Positions 50,927-60,532 are shown, counted from the stretch's first letter. The stretch: 64,000 nt of DNA from an uncultured Verrucomicrobiae bacterium (GCA_963837955.1 CAWIPH010000002.1:2752001-2816000); one strand, 5' to 3'. Numbers and translations: made by a program. The notes: generated by a model not told the origin, from the sequence alone.

Positions 50927-52209
50927 TGCCACCGTCTGCGAGAACCCAGGATTCAAGCCCGGCGGCAATCGCCCCTCTCTTGCTTCTCATCTTGATCGAC
51001 GCAATCGGGTTCGCCATGTTGACGCCGCTCCTGGCATCGGCGCTTGCGCCGGGCTCAAACGCGGCACTCCAAAATGGGCTTTCCGCGAATGCACGTAATC
51101 TTGTGTACGGCTTCGCCACGGGCCTCTACCCGATAATGACGTTTTTCGGTGCGCCAGTCCTCGGCCAGCTTTCCGATCGCGTCGGTCGCAAGGTCATCCT
51201 CCTCGTTTGCGCGGGCGGGATTGTGGCGAGCTACATCACGATCAGCGCAGCCTTCGCATGGGGATCGGTTTCGCTCCTGATGGCGGGTCGGTTCCTCGGA
51301 GGGCTCACCGCCGCTAGCCAGGCGATCTCCCTCGCAGCGCTCGTCGACGTCTGCCGTCCTCAGCGGAAAGATTTCTGGCTCAGCATGGGATTGCTTTCTT
51401 CTTCGCTCGGGTTTGTCATTGGGCCGGCTCTCAGCGGTTTGCTATCCGATGCGCAAATCGTCTCGTGGTTTAATCTTCTGACGCCCCTGTACGGGACCGC
51501 GCTCCTGGCTGGGGTGAATTTTGTGCTCCTGGCATGGCTTTTTCACGAGCCGGGCAAGACCGTCCGGCCTTCGGTGAAGCGGCTTCCCTTTTCCGTGATC
51601 AGCGGATTTCGAAGCCTTGCCTCCGCGTTTGCATCGCCCGGAGCGCTCCGGCAAGTTTCCCGGGTGTTTCTGCTCCAAGAAATGGCCTGGGGCGCCTATT
51701 TCTACTTCGTTCCGGTCTTCCTGCTCAATCGCTTTGCGGTGACCGGCACAGAAGCAAGCCTGTTCATGTCGGTCATGGGCATCGGTTTCTGCCTCAGTTT
51801 CGCGGTCGCGATGCCATTCCTTACGAAACGCTACTCCACCCGGGACATCACGCGATGGAGCCTGTTTGTTACCTCGGCATTCCTCGTCGGCAGCGTCCTT
51901 GCCCCTTCGATGCTGCTCGAATGGGTATTGATTCTGCCGATCTCCGTCGCGGTTGCCGTGAGTTATGGGGCGCTGATTATTCTCTTTACCGACATCGCCA
52001 CCGAAGATAGCAAAGGCGAAATCATGGGCATCACGGCTGCCATCAACGCGTTTTCCTTTGGAATGATTTCCTTCTTCGGCGGTCTGATTGAAGGTCTCAA
52101 CATTGCAGCCTCGCTCATCGCATCGGTTGTTCTGATGACATTGAGCTGGTTCGTTTTCAACATTCAAAAACCCCAACCAACCACTATGCAAACCGAGCAA
52201 ACGCTATGA
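50923..52209 (+). CDS. DHA1/TetA-like MFS exporter
   Basis: LIDAIGF, GQLSDRVGRK motif A, GRFLGG, GFVIGP; ATGA overlap with rfbF. Confidence 0.9.
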   Translation: MMPPSARTQDSSPAAIAPLLLLILIDAIGFAMLTPLLASALAPGSNAALQNGLSANARNLVYGFATGLYPIMTFFGAPVLGQLSDRVGRKVILLVCAGGIVASYITISAAFAWGSVSLLMAGRFLGGLTAASQAISLAALVDVCRPQRKDFWLSMGLLSSSLGFVIGPALSGLLSDAQIVSWFNLLTPLYGTALLAGVNFVLLAWLFHEPGKTVRPSVKRLPFSVISGFRSLASAFASPGALRQVSRVFLLQEMAWGAYFYFVPVFLLNRFAVTGTEASLFMSVMGIGFCLSFAVAMPFLTKRYSTRDITRWSLFVTSAFLVGSVLAPSMLLEWVLILPISVAVAVSYGALIILFTDIATEDSKGEIMGITAAINAFSFGMISFFGGLIEGLNIAASLIASVVLMTLSWFVFNIQKPQPTTMQTEQTL

Positions 52210-52988
52210 AAACTGTGATCCTCGCTGGCGGCTTCGGCACACGGCTCTCGGAATACACCGACGATACCCCGAAGCCAATGGTGCCCATCGGCGGCAAACC
52301 GATGCTCTGGCACATCATGAGCATATACGCGCATTATAACTACAAAGATTTCGTCGTCGCCCTCGGGTACAAGGCCGAAGACGTAAAATCCTATTTTCTG
52401 AACTACTACACGCTCCATTCAGACTTCTCGATGGACATGACCACCGGCGAAAAGTCAACGATCAACCGCTCGGTTCTCGATTGGAAGGTTACCCTCATGG
52501 ACACCGGCCTGAACACGATGACCGGCGGGCGCCTCCGTCGGCTCACCCCGCTACTCAAGTATGAGACCTTCATGTGCACGTACGGCGACGGCGTCAGCAA
52601 TATCGATGTCAATAAGCTCCTCGACTTCCACCGGAGTCATGGAAAACTCGTTACCATGACCCTCGCTCGCCCGTCCGCACGGTTCGGCGTGGTCGAAACT
52701 GGCGACAACAATATTGTGAAGGCGTTCCGCGAAAAGCCTATCGATAGTGAGGGCTGGGTGAATGCCGGCTTTTTCGTTATGGAGCCGAACTTCCTTAAGT
52801 ACATCGAAGGCGATTCGACGGTGCTCGAACACGAGCCCCTCGAGCTCGCTGCCAAGGACGGACAACTCATGGCCTATCACCACAGGGAGTTCTGGAAATG
52901 CATGGATATGAAAAAGGACGTCCAGGAGCTCAACAAGATGTGGGAGAGCAACGAGGCTCCGTGGAGGCTCGGTGAAATCAAGATCTAA
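52206..52988 (+). CDS. rfbF: Glucose-1-phosphate cytidylyltransferase
   Basis: VILAGGFGTRLSE, PKPMV, TMTGGRL, TYGDG, FWKCMD, APW. Confidence 0.94.
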   Translation: MKTVILAGGFGTRLSEYTDDTPKPMVPIGGKPMLWHIMSIYAHYNYKDFVVALGYKAEDVKSYFLNYYTLHSDFSMDMTTGEKSTINRSVLDWKVTLMDTGLNTMTGGRLRRLTPLLKYETFMCTYGDGVSNIDVNKLLDFHRSHGKLVTMTLARPSARFGVVETGDNNIVKAFREKPIDSEGWVNAGFFVMEPNFLKYIEGDSTVLEHEPLELAAKDGQLMAYHHREFWKCMDMKKDVQELNKMWESNEAPWRLGEIKI

Positions 52989-53009
52989 TAGGAGCTCGAA
53001 GAAATCGCC

Positions 53010-54089
53010 ATGTTTGGAAATTTCTATCAAAACAGAAGCGTGTTCGTGACCGGCCACACGGGCTTCAAGGGCTCGTGGCTCTCCGCCTGGCTACTGAAGC
53101 TCGGTGCTAAGGTCACCGGCTACGCGCTGCCGCCTGCTTATGACGAGAGCCACTTCCAACTGCTGGAGCTCGCCGACAGGATGCGGCATGTCGAGGGAAA
53201 TGTGTGCGATCTCGACCACCTTACCCGCGCGATGACCGAGGCCCAGCCCGACATCGTGTTCCATCTCGCCGCCCAGGCGCTGGTGCGCGAAGCCTATCGC
53301 GATCCCAGGACGACATTCGACACGAATATAATGGGCGGAGTGAACGTCTGCGAGGCCGTCGGCCGCGTCGAGAGCGTCCGCACGCTGGTCTTCATCACCT
53401 CAGACAAGTGCTACCGCAATCTCGACTGGGAGTGGGGATATCGTGAGACCGATACCCTCGGGGGGCGAGACCCGTACAGCGCATCCAAAGGCTGCGCTGA
53501 GCTCGTGTTCGGTGCCTACTGGACGTCTTTTCTGTCCAAAGCAGGGCGCCTCAATGCCGCATCCACCCGCGCTGGTAACGTCATTGGCGGCGGCGACTGG
53601 GCGGAGAACCGCCTGATTCCTGATTGCGTCCGCGCGCTGCGCAAGGAGGAAACCATCGAAATCCACCATCCCGATTCGACCCGTCCATGGCAGCACGTGC
53701 TCGAACCGCTCGGCGCCTATCTGCACCTCGGACGCTGCCTCGGCGGACCTCAGGGCGCCGAATTTTGCAAGAGCTGGAATTTCGGTCCGAACAATAGCGC
53801 AAACAAGAACGTCGGCGAAGTCGTCGAGGATGTTATCCGGTTGTGGGGTAGCGGCAAAGTGGTGGTTGAACGCGATCCGAATGCTCCGCATGAGGACCAC
53901 TGGCTGCAACTCAATTGCGACCGCGCGCACCACTATCTTAACTGGAAGCCGACCTGGAACTATCCGGAGTCGATCAGCGAAACCGTTCACTGGTATCGCA
54001 ATTATCACGACTGCTCCAAAGTTCCGGCACTCACCGACTCGCAAATTGAAAAATACAACCAAGCCTGGATCGACGCAGGCAATGATTGA
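53010..54089 (+). CDS. rfbG: CDP-glucose 4,6-dehydratase
   Basis: TGHTGFKGSWL, HLAAQ, TSDKCY, DPYSASK, RAGNVIGGGDW, RPWQHVLEPL. Confidence 0.95.
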   Translation: MFGNFYQNRSVFVTGHTGFKGSWLSAWLLKLGAKVTGYALPPAYDESHFQLLELADRMRHVEGNVCDLDHLTRAMTEAQPDIVFHLAAQALVREAYRDPRTTFDTNIMGGVNVCEAVGRVESVRTLVFITSDKCYRNLDWEWGYRETDTLGGRDPYSASKGCAELVFGAYWTSFLSKAGRLNAASTRAGNVIGGGDWAENRLIPDCVRALRKEETIEIHHPDSTRPWQHVLEPLGAYLHLGRCLGGPQGAEFCKSWNFGPNNSANKNVGEVVEDVIRLWGSGKVVVERDPNAPHEDHWLQLNCDRAHHYLNWKPTWNYPESISETVHWYRNYHDCSKVPALTDSQIEKYNQAWIDAGND

Positions 54090-54534
54090 GGGAGTCGCAC
54101 TGCATCCCCTTCGGCAGTTCGCGGACGATCGCGGATGCACCATGCACATGTTGCGCAGCGACGATCCTCACTTTCGCGCATTCGGTGAGATTTACTTTTC
54201 CGGCGTCCGGCACGGAAAGATTAAGGGCTGGTACCGGCACCGCCAGAAGACACTTAACTATGCGGTGCCCGCGGGCATGATCCGGGTTGTCATCTACGAC
54301 GATCGCCCGGACAGTCCGACGCGCGGATGCCTTGACGAGTATCTGCTCGGGGAAGGGATGGATCACTACGCGCTGCTGACCATCCCTCCGCATCTGTGGT
54401 ATGGCGTGCAAGGCCTGGGGCCGGGAACCGCGATCATCGCGAACTGCTCGGACCTTCCAAACGATCCCAGCGAATCCGACCGAAAGCCACCCGATTCGCC
54501 CGATGTGCCCTACACTTGGCCTTCGGTCGCCTGA
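54082..54534 (+). CDS. RmlC-family NDP-4-keto-6-deoxyhexose 3,5-epimerase
   Basis: MIEGV, DDRG, FGEIYFS, IKGW, DDRPDSPT, TIPP; 8 bp overlap with rfbG. Confidence 0.85.
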   Translation: MIEGVALHPLRQFADDRGCTMHMLRSDDPHFRAFGEIYFSGVRHGKIKGWYRHRQKTLNYAVPAGMIRVVIYDDRPDSPTRGCLDEYLLGEGMDHYALLTIPPHLWYGVQGLGPGTAIIANCSDLPNDPSESDRKPPDSPDVPYTWPSVA

Positions 54535-54610
54535 TATAATATGTCGTTCCGTGAACTAGTCTAGCCCGCAAACCAGCGCGTCGATCCATACAGCGTGTGA
54601 GTTTCGCGGG

Positions 54611-56074
54611 CTAGTGCGCGCGCGCGGGACGTGGCCGCAATTCCACAGTCCTGCGGGCGCGCGGTGGGCGTCCAATCTGCTTCAACGGAAGCCCCGACAG
54701 AAGATTCGCCTCGATCTTCTCCAGCGACACACCCTTCGTCTCCGGAACGAAGATCAGAAAGAAAATGATGAAGAGTATGTTCAGCGCGCCATAAAGCAGA
54801 AACGTATTGCCGTTGCCGAGCCCGGCGAGGAGCAACAGGAACGTCATACCCACGATGGCGTTGGCGATCCAGTTTGTCGCGGTGCTGAATGTCACTCCAA
54901 GATCGCGGCCCGCAAGTGGGTAAATTTCCGAGCAAAGCACCCAAATGATAGGGCCGGCGCTCATAGCAAAACCAATAATGAAGATGAGCAATGCAAAGAT
55001 GGCGAAATAGCCAAATCCGGGATGCTCTTCGATCCCCATGTTGAAGAGCGTTCCGACAGTAATCATGGCGGCGCCCATGGTAACAAAACCCGCATACATG
55101 ATCGGCTTGCGCCCCAGTTTGTCCACAAACGCGATGGCGATGAAGGTCGCAAGCACGTTAATTATTCCGACGATCACCGTTCCCCACATTTGTTGTTCCG
55201 TGGTCGCAAACCCCGCAATGCGAAAAATCGTCGGTGCGAAATACATAACGACATTGATGCCGGTAAGCTGCTGAATGAGCTGCAGTCCAATCCCAAGGCC
55301 AATAACGCGGCGGAAGTTAGGATTGGTCTTGAACATCTCAAATCCATTTTGTTTAACTTTCAAGTTGTCCTCGATCTCTTTGACCTCCGCGGCGATCTCG
55401 CCCTCATCCAGGTACATTCCCTTGAACACGGCCACAGCGCGATCTTTGAACCCTTTTAGGAACAGCCACCGCGGGCTTTCGGGCAGTAAGAGTACGCCCA
55501 AGAACATGATCGCTGCCGGAATAGCAATCACACCGAGCATGATGCGCCAGTGGCCGCCAGTCACCCCGCCAAACGTCGCATAGGACGCGAGCCAAGTGTT
55601 GCTCAGAAACGCAAGCACGATTCCGATGGTGATCATTAGTTGATACATCGAAATAAGTGAGCCGCGCACCTCTTGCGGGGAAATTTCAGAGAGATAGAGC
55701 GGCGCCGTGAACGACGCCACGCCCACGGCTATACCAAGAAACAAGCGCGCGCCGACTAGCAGATACTCCGACTGCACAATCGAGCAGAGGATCGAACCAA
55801 CGACGAAGATCACCGCGCTGATAAGGATCGTTTTACGGCGCCCAAAGTTCCTCGAAAGCGCTCCGCTGACCAGCGTTCCAATCACCGCTCCCCATAGCAG
55901 GGCGCTAACAACGGTTCCTTCTGCCTCAATCGAGAGCTTGAATGCATTCTTCACAAAAGGCAGTGCCCCGGATATGACACCAATGTCTAATCCGAAAAGC
56001 AGACCGGCAAGCGCCGCCGTTAAGCCGATGAAATATATGATGAGCTTCTTTCGGAGGGGGGATGCAGCGCTCAT
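54611..56074 (-). CDS. Sugar porter family MFS symporter (GalP/AraE-like)
   Basis: GLLFGLDIGVISGA, YLSEI, PESPRWL, QQLTGINV, SEIYP, PETKG. Confidence 0.95.
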   Translation of the reverse strand: MSAASPLRKKLIIYFIGLTAALAGLLFGLDIGVISGALPFVKNAFKLSIEAEGTVVSALLWGAVIGTLVSGALSRNFGRRKTILISAVIFVVGSILCSIVQSEYLLVGARLFLGIAVGVASFTAPLYLSEISPQEVRGSLISMYQLMITIGIVLAFLSNTWLASYATFGGVTGGHWRIMLGVIAIPAAIMFLGVLLLPESPRWLFLKGFKDRAVAVFKGMYLDEGEIAAEVKEIEDNLKVKQNGFEMFKTNPNFRRVIGLGIGLQLIQQLTGINVVMYFAPTIFRIAGFATTEQQMWGTVIVGIINVLATFIAIAFVDKLGRKPIMYAGFVTMGAAMITVGTLFNMGIEEHPGFGYFAIFALLIFIIGFAMSAGPIIWVLCSEIYPLAGRDLGVTFSTATNWIANAIVGMTFLLLLAGLGNGNTFLLYGALNILFIIFFLIFVPETKGVSLEKIEANLLSGLPLKQIGRPPRARRTVELRPRPARAH

Positions 56075-56211
56075 TTGGGCTAATACCTAGATTGATTAGG
56101 CACTCTCCTATTTAGCGAGAATGGTATCTTTCTGCTCGAAGTCCAAGGCGATTCTTCGCAGAATGGGTCACGAACGGATCGTTTGGGAGATTGTTTTAGA
56201 GGCGATTTAAT

Positions 56212-56227
56212 TGCAAAGCGCATTGCA
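56212..56227. promoter_or_regulatory. Putative LacI-family operator
   Basis: Near-palindrome tgcaaagcgcattgca with central CG between the divergent sugar-transport genes. Confidence 0.5.
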
Positions 56228-56439
56228 CCTAACTAGTAGACTTTGGGGTGTTAGCAGGCGCAAGCATAATTCACATCTATTCTGATCTGGATCGATTCTT
56301 TCCTTGCAGGTCTTCGGGGCGTGGCACTTGCGCTCACAGGTGAGAGTAAACGCTGTGGCGACCCCTTAGTGGGTCCTATGGCAGTTTGCCTTGTGTTAGC
56401 CCATGATTGAACGTGAGAGAAAACAATAGAAATAGCCAA

Positions 56440-57390
56440 ATGAAAAACCTGTTCATAATAACTCGCGCAGGCTTTGTCTTGTTCTGGGCCCCCATCGCGC
56501 TGGTAAGCATTGGGTCCAACACGCCGGCGGCAGAAAAGATAGTCATCGGTTTTTCTCAGGCCACAATGAATTCTGCATGGCGAGTAGCCATGGTAGACGG
56601 GAATAAAAAATATGCGGCAGAGCATTATCCCGACGTGGAGCTAATCTTCACCGATGGCCAGAATCAGGCTACTAAGCAGGTCAGTGATGTGGGAAGCCTG
56701 ATGGCGCGGGGCATTAAGGTCCTGATCATCAGCCCGGCGCAGGCTCAGCCGCTTACCCCTATTGTGAAACAAGTGATGGAGGCGAACATTCCCGTCGTCA
56801 CGCTTGACAGGGAGGTGAACACCAAAGTCACCTGTCGGATCGGCGCTCAAAACAGGCCCATTGGCGTTGCTGCCGGTAAATTCATCATTGAAAAATTGCA
56901 CGGCGCAGGAAACGTCATCGAAATTGAGGGTACCGTAGGCGCATCCGCGACCACCGATCGCCATGAAGGCTTTCGCGACGCTCTCAGGGAGGCACCGAGG
57001 ATCAGAGTGGTGGCAGACCAGTTCTGCGACTACTTAAGGGAGCCGGCGATGAAGTTTGTTGAGGAGATCCTTCAAAGGTTCGGACCTGGGCAAGTTCAGG
57101 CAATCTATGCGCACGACGACGCAATGGCTCTCGGCGCCCTGAAAGTGGTCGAGGACGCCGGCCGCTTGAAGGAGATCACGATAGTGGGTATTGACGGCGA
57201 AAACAGCGCCTTTCAGGCCATCAAGGACGGCAAATTGGCAGCCACTTTTACTTATCCATTCTGTGCACCCGAAGGAATCCAGTATGCCTATAATCTTGCG
57301 ATTGGCGAACAGGTGCCCGATCAGATCGTTCTCAAATCAACTCGCGTGGATGCCTCTAACGTCGATCAGTACCTTGGCAAGGGCTTTTAG
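56440..57390 (+). CDS. RbsB-like sugar ABC substrate-binding protein (orphan)
   Basis: IGFSQ, WR, VVTLDR, RHEGF, HDDAMALGA, VGIDG; signal peptide. Confidence 0.92.
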   Translation: MKNLFIITRAGFVLFWAPIALVSIGSNTPAAEKIVIGFSQATMNSAWRVAMVDGNKKYAAEHYPDVELIFTDGQNQATKQVSDVGSLMARGIKVLIISPAQAQPLTPIVKQVMEANIPVVTLDREVNTKVTCRIGAQNRPIGVAAGKFIIEKLHGAGNVIEIEGTVGASATTDRHEGFRDALREAPRIRVVADQFCDYLREPAMKFVEEILQRFGPGQVQAIYAHDDAMALGALKVVEDAGRLKEITIVGIDGENSAFQAIKDGKLAATFTYPFCAPEGIQYAYNLAIGEQVPDQIVLKSTRVDASNVDQYLGKGF

Positions 57391-57464
57391 AACGCCCCTC
57401 CCGAGCAGCCCCATTCACAAACCCGCTAAGATTCAGAGTGCGAAGCCTTAGGGGACGCGTCTTA

Positions 57465-57690
57465 ACGGGCTGTTGCTCGAACGTCTGGCTCATTGGGGTG
57501 GTGGCAGGGATGGACGGCAGTAAGCCGCACGAAATCCAGTTCCAGCGTCTCGTCAATTCGCCGTAGCGGATAATCGCTGCGCACCGCTTATCCAAGTTCA
57601 CTTGATAGTTCCACAGCTGCTTCTGCGGATCGCGCTCCCCCATCATGGGACATGATGTTAGCAAAGATCGAGCCGGTCTATTTCAAACAG
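57465..57690 (-). mobile_element. IS transposase remnant (IS1182/IS5-like)
   Basis: MMGERDPQKQLWNYQVNLDKR then frameshifted DYPLRRIDETLELDFVR, a typical transposase N terminus; remainder deleted. Confidence 0.65.
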
Positions 57691-57795
57691 TTTTACGTAC
57701 CGCCGACTTATGGTCTTGGCTTCGGACCGAAAATTAAATCAATTTTGGTGAAGCAGTTCTCAAGAATAGCTTCCAGCGAGCGGGTAATAATCTTT

Positions 57796-57855
57796 AGTCT
57801 GAAACCTTTGCGTCTTCGCGTCTTTGCGTGAGATTTTTGATTCCGTCTTTGCGTG
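57796..57855 (-). repeat. Right arm of long-range inverted repeat
   Basis: ctttgcgtcttcgcgtctttgcgtgagatttttgattccgtctttgcgtg; pairs with 48987-49046. Confidence 0.85.
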
Positions 57856-57871
57856 CGATTTTGGAGAGCGA

Positions 57872-58165
57872 TCAGAAACGGAAGGACCAAGTCAGTCCGA
57901 CGTAAAGGTCAAGCAGGAAAGCGAAGAACAGCGTGATCGTTACCAAAAACTCGGGCCAATCGTTGGGAAGCCTTCCTGGTAAACGACTGCGCTCCGTGAG
58001 CTTCGCACGAATTTGCTCTTTCTCTGATGAAGCCTTTTCCAGCGCTTTTCGACCTGATTTGAAGTCAATAATTTTCTGAAACGGCACCTCGTCAGGGCCC
58101 TCTCTTGAGTCAGGCCGTTCGGGGTTTCCAAGCTTGTTCCTATTTGTTTCTTCGATGATTACCAT
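57872..58165 (-). CDS. Hypothetical protein with C-terminal TM helix
   Basis: 97 aa ORF, purine-rich RBS, hydrophobic C terminus. Confidence 0.5.
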   Translation of the reverse strand: MVIIEETNRNKLGNPERPDSREGPDEVPFQKIIDFKSGRKALEKASSEKEQIRAKLTERSRLPGRLPNDWPEFLVTITLFFAFLLDLYVGLTWSFRF

Positions 58166-58430
58166 AAAACCTCTACCCTCCGGGTGGGATCAGCGTCGCT
58201 CGATTGCCGGCCAGACCAGACCGGCAACTGACCCTTGGATTAATCTTATAAACAATCTTTCTTGGAGGACTGTGGTCTCAGGCAACCTGAAGGGGTAATC
58301 GGATGTTCTGATCGCATATCGGCCAGCTCGATAGATGGCCGGAATTGTCCCGGGGGCTGTGCATGTCTTTCTCAGGCGAGCTGCTGACCGAATTCTTCCC
58401 GAATTCGCTGGAACGAAGCTAGCCAGGAGG

Positions 58431-58500
58431 ATCTGCTATCGGCTATCGGCTATCTGCTATCTGCTATCTGCTATTTGTTATTTGTTATTTGCTATCTGCT
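58431..58500. repeat. Heptamer tandem repeat (ATCTGCT consensus) x10
   Basis: atctgct atcggct atcggct atctgct x3 atttgtt x2 atttgct atctgct. Confidence 0.92.
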
Positions 58501-58527
58501 ATTTTCCACCCGTCACTCTTTCACCGC

Positions 58528-59259
58528 ATGTTTCGCGCAAATGAAATTAAAGCACTCCTGTTCGACACTTTCGGAACAGTTGTCGATTGGCGATCCAGTT
58601 TGATTGATGCTTTCTCCCAGTTCGGACAAAACCGTCTACTTGATGTCGATTGGTCCCAGCTGGTCGACCAATGGCGCTCGGCTTATTGGCCTAGTATGGA
58701 CAATGTCCGAAAAGGAAAGCTGGCCTGGACTACTCTTGATGAGCTGCATCGAGCAGCCCTGGTCAAGCTCCTGCCGGCTTTCAAATTGGAGCAGCTTTCC
58801 ACCGATGATATTGACGATCTGACCGCCTTTTGGCATCGGCTGAAGCCTTGGCCCGATGCCCGGCCGGGTCTGGCTCGTTTGAAAAACCAATTTTTGATCG
58901 GACCACTTTCTAACGGAAATTTTTCGCTCATGGTAGAGCTGAATAAGTTCGCCGGTCTCGGTTGGGATTTTATTTTCGGCTCGGACATTTTCCGCCACTA
59001 CAAACCGGATCCGGAAACCTATCTCGGAGCTTGCTCTCTGTTGGGATTGGCACCCAGCCAAGTGATGATGGTAGCCGCGCATAATTATGATCTGCACGCT
59101 GCCCGATCGTTCGGCCTACGAACAGGTTTCATCCCACGACCGACCGAATACGGTCCATCGCAAACGAAGGATTTGGAACCGGAAGGTCCCTGGGATATCG
59201 TCGCGACCGATCTTGAGGACCTCGCGGCGCAGTTAACCGGAAACCGACCGTCAAATTAG
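58528..59259 (+). CDS. Haloacid dehalogenase type II
   Basis: LFDTFGTVVDW, LSNGN, YKPDP, VAAHNYDL, RPTEYG. Confidence 0.92.
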   Translation: MFRANEIKALLFDTFGTVVDWRSSLIDAFSQFGQNRLLDVDWSQLVDQWRSAYWPSMDNVRKGKLAWTTLDELHRAALVKLLPAFKLEQLSTDDIDDLTAFWHRLKPWPDARPGLARLKNQFLIGPLSNGNFSLMVELNKFAGLGWDFIFGSDIFRHYKPDPETYLGACSLLGLAPSQVMMVAAHNYDLHAARSFGLRTGFIPRPTEYGPSQTKDLEPEGPWDIVATDLEDLAAQLTGNRPSN

Positions 59260-59334
59260 AGGGACGGAACGCAGAGAGATGGTCTGACGTGAATCTTGAG
59301 CTAGCTCTTAGGTGTCACCGTTCGAGATATAGAC

Positions 59335-59448
59335 GATATCGCCAAGGTTCAGGAGTGGCTTGGGCATGCTAACGTATCGACGACGCGGCTCTATGACCGG
59401 CGCAAGAGTAAGCCGGAAGACAGTCCGAGCTTTCGGGTGAAATATTAA
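59335..59448 (+). pseudogene. Tyrosine recombinase C-terminal remnant
   Basis: [37 protein letters not shown], with the LGH and catalytic Tyr motif. Confidence 0.85.
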
Positions 59449-59526
59449 GGAGGAGCCCCCCACCCTGTAGGCTTACGACTGTCTGCCGGCTGAGAGTAGC
59501 GGTAACCATTCCAGGTCCCCTACCCG

Positions 59527-59554
59527 CAATCCCATAAAGGACGTTATGTTACAA
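59527..59554 (+). other. dif-like Xer recombination site
   Basis: 11-6-11 layout caatcccataa-aggacg-ttatgttacaa; right arm 9/11 to XerD consensus TTATGTTAAAT. Confidence 0.6.
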
Positions 59555-59788
59555 TGTTCTAGGCAGCAGGGGTGAATTGGTGTCACTTTTCGAATTATCT
59601 TGGCATAGAGTTTTGCGCTTATCCGGCATCACTGGGCAAGGAGTCTCACCCTTTTTTGAAGCACGGCGGGAACGTCTGACTGCATTCCAGGTGCTAGCTT
59701 GCAAAATCATGCCGGAGCGACGGTTGCGGTTCGCAACGATTAGCTCAGCAAGTTTGGTGATCCAGTTTCACTGATTACGCGCTAGTGT

Positions 59789-60439
59789 CTACCGCAAGGC
59801 CGTCAACGTCTCCGTTGCAGTACGGGCACGGGCATCGATTTCGCGTTTGGTTGGCGCCTGGCGCACGCGCAGCAATAGCCGGATCTGGAGATCGGCCAAG
59901 AGCGCGGCAAAATAGCGGGCGGCCAGAACGTCTGGATCCCCGGCGACGACTAACCCTAGGGCTTGAGCTTTTTCGATCAATTCCGTGAGCGCCTTTAGGT
60001 TAGCTCCCCGGCCGCTGTTGTCGAGTGCTCGCGCGATCTCAGGGGCGCGGTCGGATTCTGCAATCGCCAGCCGAAAAACGGTCAGCACTTCCGGGTGACA
60101 CACCGTTTTTAAAATCGATATGCCTAATTCAACGAGCAATGCCGCTAGTGCGCTCCGGGTCTGAGGCATAGGAACCGCCGGATCCAAAGGGAGACGCATC
60201 TGTTGGGTGCGTTCCCCGATACAGGCCGCTAATACGGCATGCTTGTTCTTGAATAAGGCGTAGAGATCACGTTTAGAAACTCGAGCCCGGGTGACAATAT
60301 CCAACATGCTGGTGCTGGAAAAACCGTGTTCCCGAAAGAGGTCAAAAGCCGCGGCCAACACGCGGTCGCGGATGGAGAGCGGCTTGGATGGGACCGGGGA
60401 CTCAGGTGAGTCAGCTTGAGATTGGTTGGTTTTCGACAT
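59789..60439 (-). CDS. TetR/AcrR regulator
   Basis: RDRVLAAAFDLFREHGFSSTSMLDIVTRARVSKRDLYALF HTH. Confidence 0.94.
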   Translation of the reverse strand: MSKTNQSQADSPESPVPSKPLSIRDRVLAAAFDLFREHGFSSTSMLDIVTRARVSKRDLYALFKNKHAVLAACIGERTQQMRLPLDPAVPMPQTRSALAALLVELGISILKTVCHPEVLTVFRLAIAESDRAPEIARALDNSGRGANLKALTELIEKAQALGLVVAGDPDVLAARYFAALLADLQIRLLLRVRQAPTKREIDARARTATETLTALR

Positions 60440-60453
60440 TTCTATTTGCTTTT

Positions 60454-60500
60454 GGTACGACTCGTACCAATGTTCGGCTATATCGGTACGATATCGTACC
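60454..60500. promoter_or_regulatory. Tandem TetR operators
   Basis: ggtacgactcgtacc (60454-60468) and perfect palindrome ggtacgatatcgtacc (60485-60500). Confidence 0.85.
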
Positions 60501-60532
60501 TCCTGTTAAAACGCTACTCCTCTTCTCTTGCC

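Noticed and set aside
51442..55459. Long antisense ORFs (51442-52200, 53400-54149, 54614-55459)
   Set aside because: Shadows of well-supported genes on the opposite strand
58431..58500. CRISPR array
   Set aside because: Contiguous 7-mers with no spacers and no cas genes; no repeat-spacer array seen anywhere in the window
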